Below, piece by piece: positions 42,335-49,528 of a stretch of 60,828 nucleotides of DNA; the first letter of the stretch is position 1; every line of letters begins with the position of its first letter. Made by a program: the position numbers and the translations under genes. Source of the stretch: Thermoplasmata archaeon (GTDB lineage: Archaea; Thermoplasmatota; Thermoplasmata; RBG-16-68-12); contig JBGPGA010000001.1 of the NCBI GenBank assembly GCA_041483635.1, positions 1 through 60,828 of the forward strand, read 5' to 3'. Below the pieces are notes generated by a model, which was given only the letters and a program-made list of their open reading frames with translations, made no database searches and was not told the origin of the DNA.

Positions 42335-42748
42335 TCAAGCGAACGCGAGCTGCATTGTCCCACCGCTCCGACGCACGAGATCGACCGCCAGGGAGTGAGG
42401 GAGGTACATCCGTCCCCCACGGAAGGGGAAGGCGGGGCCGAAGTCCTCGATCGCACGGAGGGCTTTCGCGGCGAGCTCCTCCGCGACGTATGCGCTGTCC
42501 TCCAGGTCTCCCGTGACGAACACGGTCATCGGCAGCCGCAGGCTCTCCGCCTCCTCCCGGGTCAGGGCCCGCGCGAGCCTCTGCAGGGCAGCCGGGTCGA
42601 AGGGGTGGTCCTCCCCCTCCCGGCTCCGGCACGCGGGCGTCGGTTCGTCGAGGAGCCGGGCGAGGCTCTTCCGCTCGACGACGAGGCCTGCGTTGAGCCG
42701 TCCGAGCTCGAGGGAGATCCACCGGTCCCAGGTCCCGGGGGAGACCAT
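42335..42748 (-). CDS. UPF0216 / DUF61-family archaeal protein
   Basis: WDRWISLELGRLNAGLVVERKSLARLLDEPTPACRSREGEDHPFDPAALQRLA fits my memory of DUF61. I prefer ATG 42748 to the upstream ORF start at 42856. Confidence 0.6.
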   Translation of the reverse strand: MVSPGTWDRWISLELGRLNAGLVVERKSLARLLDEPTPACRSREGEDHPFDPAALQRLARALTREEAESLRLPMTVFVTGDLEDSAYVAEELAAKALRAIEDFGPAFPFRGGRMYLPHSLAVDLVRRSGGTMQLAFA

Positions 42749-42846
42749 GCGGACTCCCCACGACCGCGGACGCCGAAAAAGGCTTCGGACAACCCGCGAA
42801 ACCTTTTTCCCCGCCTCGTTCCTTCCGAACGGACGGAGGATCGGCC

Positions 42847-43785
42847 TTGTCGGCATCTCTTCTCTGCACCCGATGCGGCTTCCAGAACCAGCCGGGGTAC
42901 CAGTTCTGCACGAACTGCGGGGCGCCCCTCGGATTCGCGGCGGCCCCCGCTCCCGCCGCGCCCCCGCCCGTCTACGCCGTTCCGCCGGGGTATCCGCCCG
43001 CCCCCGGATATCCGCCCGCGCCGGGGTACTACCCGCCCCCCGGGGACTATGACCGCTCGAGGCACATCGACCGCACGAAGACGGGCGTCCTGCTCCTGAT
43101 GATCGGCGCCCTGCTCGGCTGGGTGCCGTTCGGCATCTCGGTCATCGGCGCGATCCTCTCCTTCATCGGCGCGATCCTCGTGATCATCGGCCGGAAGGCC
43201 TTCGGGGCCAAGCACTCCCGCGATGTCGTCGTCGCGGTGGTGCTCTACATCCTGAGCATCGTGGGGATCTTCATCGTGGGCCTCATCTTCGCCGTGGCCC
43301 TCCTCGGGTCGGCCATCTCCGGGACCCTCCCGACCGTCGCGTCCCTCCAGGGAGCGTTCGACACCCTCCTGATCGGCTCGATCATCACGGCGTTCATCGC
43401 GGGATTCGCCCAGGTGCTCTTCACGTACGAGATCCAGGACCAGACGGGCCGGATCCTCCTGTTCGCCGGGCTCGGCGCCTCCGTCGCGCTCCAAATCGCG
43501 ATCTTCTTCCTGATCTCCCCGTTGATTGCGACGGCGATCGCGGACTCCCTCGCGGGAGGGACCTTCAGATCAGGCCCGATTACGGACCTCCAGAACCAGA
43601 TGAACACGTACGCCCTGCTCGCGGTCGTCGCGAACCTGCTCTGGGCGGCCGCCTACTACATGGTCTGGTCCCGGATCAACCGCGGCGAGATCCCGCCGAA
43701 GCAGCCCCTGACGCCGATGTATCCGACCATGCCCCCGCAGGCCCCGCCTCCGGGCGGCCCCGCGCCACCGATCAGCCTGCAGTGA
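42847..43785 (+). CDS. membrane protein with an N-terminal zinc ribbon, a Pro/Tyr/Gly-rich linker and about 6 TM helices
   Basis: CTRCGFQNQPGYQFCTNCG, then PPGYPPAPGYPPAPGYYPPPGDY, then multiple hydrophobic helices and a Pro-rich C-terminus. The start is a putative TTG. Confidence 0.65.
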   Translation: MSASLLCTRCGFQNQPGYQFCTNCGAPLGFAAAPAPAAPPPVYAVPPGYPPAPGYPPAPGYYPPPGDYDRSRHIDRTKTGVLLLMIGALLGWVPFGISVIGAILSFIGAILVIIGRKAFGAKHSRDVVVAVVLYILSIVGIFIVGLIFAVALLGSAISGTLPTVASLQGAFDTLLIGSIITAFIAGFAQVLFTYEIQDQTGRILLFAGLGASVALQIAIFFLISPLIATAIADSLAGGTFRSGPITDLQNQMNTYALLAVVANLLWAAAYYMVWSRINRGEIPPKQPLTPMYPTMPPQAPPPGGPAPPISLQ

Positions 43786-43823
43786 GGACGCACGCGAACG
43801 AGGGCGGGAGACCGCCCTCCCTT

Positions 43824-44543
43824 TCACTTCTTCTTGGCCAGCACATGGGTGACGAAGAACTTCTCGCCGTCGTGGGTCAGGGCGAGCGCGTTGTGGTCGT
43901 GGTTCATCCAGCGCATCTTCACGCATCGCAACCGGAGCTGGACGTCCGTCTCCCCGATTTCGACTTGGCGGAGCTGGAGGATCCCATCCGCAAGGAAGTC
44001 TTCCCCCCACTGGGCGAGCCGCTGCGCGCCGAACGGGGTCTCCGCGATCAGGAAGGTCGTGAGATCGAGTTCCTTGAGCCCGGTCAGGAAATGAAACATC
44101 TCGCGACGCGGGTTCTTCATCTCCGTGAGCGCGTAGAGCACCTCGAGGCTGTCGAGCGCGAGGACCTCGTAGTGGCTCGAGTTCACGGCCTCCTTGATGA
44201 TCTCGAGGAGGATCGTGACCCAGTCCTTCGTGCCCTCGGACCGCTCCATCCCGCGGCGGAGCTGGCCCAGGTCGAGGATGTAGACGTGCGCCTCGTCGAG
44301 CTGGTTCATGCCCATCCGGGCCGCGCCCTCGCGGAGGCTGCCCATCGACTGCTCGAAGCTGACGTACAGGGATCGGGTGCCGTTGTGCTGGGCGTTCTCG
44401 TGCATCATCCAGAGGATGAGGGAGGTCTTCATCGTGCCCGGCGTGCCGGCGACGAGGATCGTGCTCCCCTTCGGGATCCCGCCTCCGAGGGAGCGATCGA
44501 GGCCTTCGATGTAGGAGTGAAAAACGGGCACCTCGCCGTCCAT
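43824..44543 (-). CDS. single-domain KaiC/RecA-superfamily ATPase (paralog 2)
   Basis: YIEGLDRSLGGGIPKGSTILVAGTPGTMKTSL, LYVSFEQS, VLALDSLE and FLADGILQLR. A CCTTTATAACG box lies about 28 nt before the ATG. Confidence 0.8.
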   Translation of the reverse strand: MDGEVPVFHSYIEGLDRSLGGGIPKGSTILVAGTPGTMKTSLILWMMHENAQHNGTRSLYVSFEQSMGSLREGAARMGMNQLDEAHVYILDLGQLRRGMERSEGTKDWVTILLEIIKEAVNSSHYEVLALDSLEVLYALTEMKNPRREMFHFLTGLKELDLTTFLIAETPFGAQRLAQWGEDFLADGILQLRQVEIGETDVQLRLRCVKMRWMNHDHNALALTHDGEKFFVTHVLAKKK

Positions 44544-44565
44544 CGTGCGTCGAGGACGCGGGCCA

Positions 44566-44576
44566 CGTTATAAAGG
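44566..44576 (-). promoter_or_regulatory. TATA-like box (CCTTTATAACG on the minus strand) for KaiC-like paralog 2
   Basis: Centre about 28 nt upstream of ATG 44543, a leaderless-type geometry. Confidence 0.45.
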
Positions 44577-44666
44577 AATGACGACCCCGTTATCGGCGTC
44601 GATACCCATCCGACTCATGGAGGGAACGCTTTTGTAGCGAGAGGCCCTTCGGGCCCCTGAGAAGGG

Positions 44667-45440
44667 ATGGGTAGACGGGACGAGGCAGCCCTCCGGCTGC
44701 TCCTCTGGGAGCTCGAGGGCCGCGGCGACCAAGTCAAGGAGGCCATGCTACGCCATCCCGACAAGAACCTGGCCGAGGCCGTCGATCTGATTGAACAGGA
44801 GGTGCCGAGCCTGTCGCCCCACGAACCCGCGCCCCGTACGACCGCCCCGGGCCCCGTCCGCACTCGCCCCACCACGGAGCTGGACGCCCTGGATCAGGAG
44901 TTCCAGACCTTCCGCCATCTCCTCGCTCCCCGCGAGGCGAAGGAGTGCGAGATGCAGCTCCGCGAGCTCGGCAAGACGCGGGACCGAGACGGCATCATCG
45001 CGCTGCGGCGCCGCCTCCGGGCGCTTTCCATCCAGGCCACGTTCTGGTCCGACCTCGCGGCGAAGGAGAAGGAATCGAACGCGATCGCCCTCCTCATCCT
45101 GCGCCGCGGCCACGGAGTCCTCGCGAAGGCCGGGGAGACCGCGTACCTGGACCAGCCCGACGTGGCGGATGCGATCCGCCGCGAGACGGGCCGGCCGGCC
45201 CAGGGGACCTACGTCATGCACCTGCCCGTCGGACGCCTCGTCGTGATGACGGGCGAGACGACCGCCATCGTCGCTCTGTTCCGCCGCGCACCCGGGAAGG
45301 ACGTCGTGTCCGTCCTGACGAAGACGGTCGAGGCGATCGAAGAGAACAAGGCCGCCGCGGCCCGGACGTTCGGGAACGAACCCCTCGCCGCACGGTACGC
45401 GGACGCCCTCCTCAAGCTCCTCACGAAGACGTCACTTTGA
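44667..45440 (+). CDS. hypothetical protein: N-terminal helical region, Pro/Thr linker, coiled coil, and a C-terminal Roadblock/LC7-like region (tentative)
   Basis: The C-terminal region AIALLILRRGHGVLAKAGE....YVMHLPVGRLVVMTGETTAIVALFRRAPG...VLTKTVEAIEE has the alternating beta/alpha pattern I associate with Roadblock/LC7 (MglB-like) domains. This is unverified. Confidence 0.5.
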   Translation: MGRRDEAALRLLLWELEGRGDQVKEAMLRHPDKNLAEAVDLIEQEVPSLSPHEPAPRTTAPGPVRTRPTTELDALDQEFQTFRHLLAPREAKECEMQLRELGKTRDRDGIIALRRRLRALSIQATFWSDLAAKEKESNAIALLILRRGHGVLAKAGETAYLDQPDVADAIRRETGRPAQGTYVMHLPVGRLVVMTGETTAIVALFRRAPGKDVVSVLTKTVEAIEENKAAAARTFGNEPLAARYADALLKLLTKTSL

Positions 45441-46133
45441 GATCAGGCGGGTGATCTGGAACAGGTCCGTCCCACGGACGAGGGCGAAGTCCCCGTGCTC
45501 GTGCTTGGAGCGGCGCATCTTGACGCACCGGATTCGGAGCTGCACGTCCGTGTCGCCGATCGGGGCCTGCTTGAGGTGCAGGATGCCGTCCGCCAGGAAC
45601 TCCTCGTCGTACCGCCCGTAGCCGCCCTGCGAGCCGGACGGGATCTCCGTGATCAGGAAGGAGGTCGCGTTCAGGGAGCGGAGGAAGCCGAAGAAGTGGA
45701 ATAGCTCTCGCCGCGGGTTCTCCAGGTGGCTCAGGCTGTACAGGGCCTCCAGGCTGTCAATCGCGATCAGGTCGAAGTTGTTCACGCGGACGCGCTGCTC
45801 GATGTACTTCTGGAGGACGTCGAGCCAGTTCTTCGAGAGCTCCTCCTCCTTGTGCTCGAGGCGGATTCGCCCGATGTCGAGGATGTAGAGCTCGACGTCC
45901 TCGAGGCTCGCCATCCCGAGGTCCGCCATGGAGGCCCGGAGGTCCTCCTGGCTCTCCTCGAGGGAGATGTAGAGGGCGCGCGACCCCTCCTTCACGTTCT
46001 CGTAGAGGATCGAGAAGGTCAGGGCCGTCTTCATCGTGCCCGGCGTGCCGGCCACGAGGACGACGGAGCCGCGCGGGATCCCGCCCCCGAGGGCTTCGTC
46101 GAAGCCTTCGACGAACGTCTTGACCCGGTCCAT
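45432..46133 (-). CDS. single-domain KaiC/RecA-superfamily ATPase (paralog 3)
   Basis: FVEGFDEALGGGIPRGSVVLVAGTPGTMKTAL, LYISLEES, LIAIDSLE and FLADGILHLK. A CCCTTTATAGC box lies about 33 nt before ATG 46133. The 3' end overlaps the convergent gene by 9 nt. Confidence 0.8.
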   Translation of the reverse strand: MDRVKTFVEGFDEALGGGIPRGSVVLVAGTPGTMKTALTFSILYENVKEGSRALYISLEESQEDLRASMADLGMASLEDVELYILDIGRIRLEHKEEELSKNWLDVLQKYIEQRVRVNNFDLIAIDSLEALYSLSHLENPRRELFHFFGFLRSLNATSFLITEIPSGSQGGYGRYDEEFLADGILHLKQAPIGDTDVQLRIRCVKMRRSKHEHGDFALVRGTDLFQITRLISK

Positions 46134-46326
46134 GAAATCTCGCCGAAACGAGCCCCTCGCGCTATAAAGGGCTGATGCGGAGATTATCACTCGCGAAACC
46201 GCTCGCCCGGCTCCACGTCCGCAGTCCGGACAATCTCTATGGCGGCCGAGGGACTACCGTTAGGCCGTGCCTGGATCCCGCCTCCCCGCATCCCGCCGCC
46301 CCGCGCGCGCAGTCCGTCTGGTCCGG

Positions 46327-46806
46327 ATGACGGACGCGGAGCGCCACGAGGCCCTGGAGAAGGAGGCGGTCGACTACGCCGAGGCGAAGGCCCGCGCGGG
46401 GTTCTGGTCCCGGGAGGAGTCTCTCTCCCGGGCCAGCAAGGAGATCGCCTCGACCGTGGGCCCGGATCCCGCGGAACGGGGCCATGCGTTCTTCGTCGGC
46501 GTCGATGGCGCAGGTCAGCGGATCGGTTGGGCCTGGACCGGCCCCGTACCCGGGTCCAAGACGAGCCGCGGGAAACGATGGCTGTTCCAGATCGTCGTCG
46601 ACGAGCCTTTGCGGGGACAAGGGTACGGCCGCGCCCTGCTCCAGGCCGTGGAGCGCCAGATCCGAGGCGACGGGATGAGGTGGCTCCACCTGAACGTGTT
46701 CCGCTGGAACTCGGTCGCCGTCACCCTGTACGAGACCTCGGGGTACGAGGTCGTCTCCGAGAGCGAGAAGAACCTCGAGCTGCGGAAGCGCCTCGTCCCT
46801 GCGTAA
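46327..46806 (+). CDS. GNAT-family N-acetyltransferase
   Basis: IVVDEPLRGQGYGRALLQAVE (motif A) and LNVFRWNSVAVTLYETSGYE. Confidence 0.75.
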   Translation: MTDAERHEALEKEAVDYAEAKARAGFWSREESLSRASKEIASTVGPDPAERGHAFFVGVDGAGQRIGWAWTGPVPGSKTSRGKRWLFQIVVDEPLRGQGYGRALLQAVERQIRGDGMRWLHLNVFRWNSVAVTLYETSGYEVVSESEKNLELRKRLVPA

Positions 46807-46864
46807 ATGCGCCGCGAGCTTCGTGAGCGGTGGCTTATATGGAACGATTCCCTTCGCCGCGGCG

Positions 46865-47425
46865 ATGGCCCTCGAGGCGATCCTGCAGGCCCTCTGGTTC
46901 TTCCTCCCCGCGTACGTCGCGAACCCGATGGCCGTCGTGTGGGGCGGCGGGACCCCGATGGACTTCGGGAAGACCCTGCGGGACGGCGAACGGCTCCTCG
47001 GGAACGGGAAGACCTGGCGCGGCCTGATCGGCGGGACCCTGAGCGGGGCGCTCCTCGGCCTCCTCCTGACGCTGCCTTTCGTCCTCCTCGATCCCGCCTC
47101 GAGCTGGTCCTTCGGCGCGCCCCTCGACGCCTTCCTCGCGTCCGCGCTCCTCGCGTTCGGCGCCCTGATGGGCGATCTCGTCGGCGCGTTCATCAAGCGG
47201 AGGACGCACAAGCCCCGCGGGGCGAAGGCGCCCGGCCTCGACCAGTACGACTTCATGATCGGCGGTCTCCTCTTCAGCCTCCTCGCGGCGGGCTGGTCCG
47301 TGCCCCGGTTCTTCTCGGGCGACGCGTGGTTCGGACTCCTCGCCATCATCCTTATCACGCCTGCCCTGCATCGCAGCGTGAACATCCTCGGCTACCGGAT
47401 GGGGAGGAAGCATGAGCCCTGGTGA
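46865..47425 (+). CDS. carS: CDP-archaeol synthase (CarS, DUF46 family)
   Basis: FLPAYVANPMAV..., GNGKTWRGLIGG, GDLVGAFIKRR and PGLDQYDF. A GGCTTATATGG box lies about 28 nt before ATG 46865. Confidence 0.8.
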   Translation: MALEAILQALWFFLPAYVANPMAVVWGGGTPMDFGKTLRDGERLLGNGKTWRGLIGGTLSGALLGLLLTLPFVLLDPASSWSFGAPLDAFLASALLAFGALMGDLVGAFIKRRTHKPRGAKAPGLDQYDFMIGGLLFSLLAAGWSVPRFFSGDAWFGLLAIILITPALHRSVNILGYRMGRKHEPW

Positions 47426-47951
47426 GTTCGACCGCGCGCGGTTCCTCGCGGACCTCAAGGCGTGCGGCGCGCTCCAGTTCGGGACGTTCACCCTGGCGTC
47501 GGGCAAGACCTCCGCGTTCTACATCGACATCAAGAAGGCCGTGACGCGGCCGGCCCTGCTCCGCACGATCGGCGAGGCGATGGCTCCGTACGCGGCCCAC
47601 GCGGACCGGATCGCGGGCGTGGAGCTCGGGGCGGTCCCCATCGCGGCGGCCGTCAGCCTCGCGTCGAACAAGCCTTACCTGATGGTGCGCAAGGCGACAA
47701 AGGAGCACGGGACGAAGAAGGAATTCGAGGGCGAGCTCTCGCGGGGGGACCGCGTGCTCTTCGTCGAGGACGTCATCACGACGGGGGGCACGCTGCGCGG
47801 CGCGATCGAGCGCTTGCGAGCGCAGGGCGCCGTCATCGACGACGTCGTCGCGGTCGTGGACCGCGAGGAGGGCGGGAAGATCGCCCTCGCGGAGATCGCC
47901 GTGCGCCTCCATGCTCTCGTGACCGCGAAGGACCTCCTCGCCGCCGCGTAA
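47412..47951 (+). CDS. pyrE: orotate phosphoribosyltransferase
   Basis: GALQFGTFTLASGKTSAFYID and the PRPP loop VLFVEDVITTGGT. Confidence 0.88.
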   Translation: MSPGEFDRARFLADLKACGALQFGTFTLASGKTSAFYIDIKKAVTRPALLRTIGEAMAPYAAHADRIAGVELGAVPIAAAVSLASNKPYLMVRKATKEHGTKKEFEGELSRGDRVLFVEDVITTGGTLRGAIERLRAQGAVIDDVVAVVDREEGGKIALAEIAVRLHALVTAKDLLAAA

Positions 47952-48030
47952 GGGGTTCGGCACTTTCGCCCATCCCTCCCGGCCTCCTTGAAATACGCGC
48001 GACCTCGTGGTCTTCTCCTTCGAGGACACC

Positions 48031-49269
48031 ATGGGCACGGTCGCAGTCCACGCACGCGGAAACGGCAACGGGCCTCCCGCCCTGACTGTGTCCGAGCTCG
48101 CCCGTCTCCTGCGGGACACGGTGCGGTCGAACCCGCTCCTGACCCGCGTCCTCGTCCGCGGGGAGGCGAGCAACGTGCAGCGCGTCTCGGGCGGGGTCGT
48201 GTTCTTCACGCTCAAAGACGAGGGCGCCCAGATCCCCTGTGTCCTGTTCCGGACCGATGCAGAGGCCCTCCCGTTCGATCTCGAGGACGGCATGGCCGTG
48301 CTGGCCTCCGGGGACGTCGACCTGTACGCGCGGAGGGGCGAGGTCCAGCTTGTCGTGCACACCCTGTCGCCGGAAGGCGTCGGCCTGTTCTGGGCGACGT
48401 TCCAGAGGACCCGCAAGACACTCGACGCGGAGGGCCTCTTCGATTCCGCCAGGAAGCGTCCCCTGCCCACGTATCCGCGGCGCATCGGGCTCGTGACGTC
48501 GGAGCGAGGGGCGGTCCTCCACGATCTCGTGACGATCCTGCGCCGGCGCTATCCCCTCGCGGACGTGGTCCTGTCCTCCGCGCTCGTCCAGGGGCCCGAG
48601 GCCCCCGCGAGCCTGCGGCAGGCCCTGGTCGCCGTGCAGGATCGGGTGGACCTCGTCATCCTCGCCCGCGGCGGCGGCTCCCTGGAGGACCTGTGGTGCT
48701 TCAACGATGAATCTCTCGCCCGGACGATCGCATCCTGCCCGGTCCCCGTGGTCAGCGCGGTCGGGCACGAGACGGATGTCACGATCGCGGACTTCGTGGC
48801 CGACGTCCGCGCGCCCACACCCAGCGCGGCCGCGGAGCTCGCCTCTCCCGATGCGGAGGATCTGCAGGTCCATCTCCAGTCGCTCGCTGATGCGACTTTG
48901 GCTGCAATCCAAGATGCGCTCCGGGAACGGAGGAAGGCCGTCGCTGTCGCAGGCGGCCGCCTCTCCCCACTCGCGCTCCGGAGCGACGTCGCGGAATCCG
49001 CGATGCGTCTCGGCAAGCTGGGTCACGGTCTCCATGAAGCGGCCGTGCGGATGCTGGCGGCCCAGTCGGAGCGGCTCGATTCCGTCGCCGACCGCCTGGA
49101 CGCCGTGAGCCCCCTGGGCACTCTGCGCCGCGGCTACGCGATCGTCGAGCGTGATGTGGGCGGCGTGGTCACCCTCGCCCGCTCCGTGCTCCTGTCGGAC
49201 CACTTGGTCGTCCGTCTCCAGGATGGCCGCCTTCATATTCGCGTCGAATCCAAACAGGAGGACCCATGA
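48031..49269 (+). CDS. xseA: exodeoxyribonuclease VII large subunit
   Basis: N-terminal OB fold (LTVSELARLLRDTV..VRGEASNV...GVVFFTLKD), then RIGLVTSERGAVLHD, ARGGGSLEDLW.FNDE and AVGHETDVTIADFVAD.RAPTPSAAAE. Confidence 0.88.
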   Translation: MGTVAVHARGNGNGPPALTVSELARLLRDTVRSNPLLTRVLVRGEASNVQRVSGGVVFFTLKDEGAQIPCVLFRTDAEALPFDLEDGMAVLASGDVDLYARRGEVQLVVHTLSPEGVGLFWATFQRTRKTLDAEGLFDSARKRPLPTYPRRIGLVTSERGAVLHDLVTILRRRYPLADVVLSSALVQGPEAPASLRQALVAVQDRVDLVILARGGGSLEDLWCFNDESLARTIASCPVPVVSAVGHETDVTIADFVADVRAPTPSAAAELASPDAEDLQVHLQSLADATLAAIQDALRERRKAVAVAGGRLSPLALRSDVAESAMRLGKLGHGLHEAAVRMLAAQSERLDSVADRLDAVSPLGTLRRGYAIVERDVGGVVTLARSVLLSDHLVVRLQDGRLHIRVESKQEDP

Positions 49270-49270
49270 C

Positions 49271-49495
49271 ATGACCGACCAACTGTCGTTCGAGGATGCC
49301 CTCGCGGCCCTCGAGGCGAAGGTCGAGGCGCTCTCCCGCGGCGATGTGCCGCTGGACCGCGCCCTGGCGACCTTCGAGGAAGGTCTCGCCCTGTACCGCC
49401 GGTGCCACGGCATGCTGGCCCAGGCGGAGCAGCGCGTGACGAAGCTCGTGGCCGCGACGGACGGACTCAAGGAAGAACCGCTGACGATCGAGTGA
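49271..49495 (+). CDS. xseB: exodeoxyribonuclease VII small subunit
   Basis: LSFEDALAALEAKVEALSRGDVPLDRALATFEEGLALYRRCHGMLAQAEQRV. The ATG lies 2 nt after the xseA stop. Confidence 0.85.
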   Translation: MTDQLSFEDALAALEAKVEALSRGDVPLDRALATFEEGLALYRRCHGMLAQAEQRVTKLVAATDGLKEEPLTIE

Positions 49496-49528
49496 ACCCG
49501 TCTCGCGATCGACGTGGGGCGCGGAGCC

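Noticed and set aside
42955-43060. PPxY-like repeats (PPGYPPAPGYPPAPGYY) in the zinc-ribbon membrane protein as arrestin/WW-type interaction motifs
   Set aside because: Pro/Tyr/Gly-rich linkers after N-terminal zinc ribbons are common low-complexity spacers in prokaryotic membrane proteins. No WW-domain or ubiquitin-ligase gene is visible in the window.
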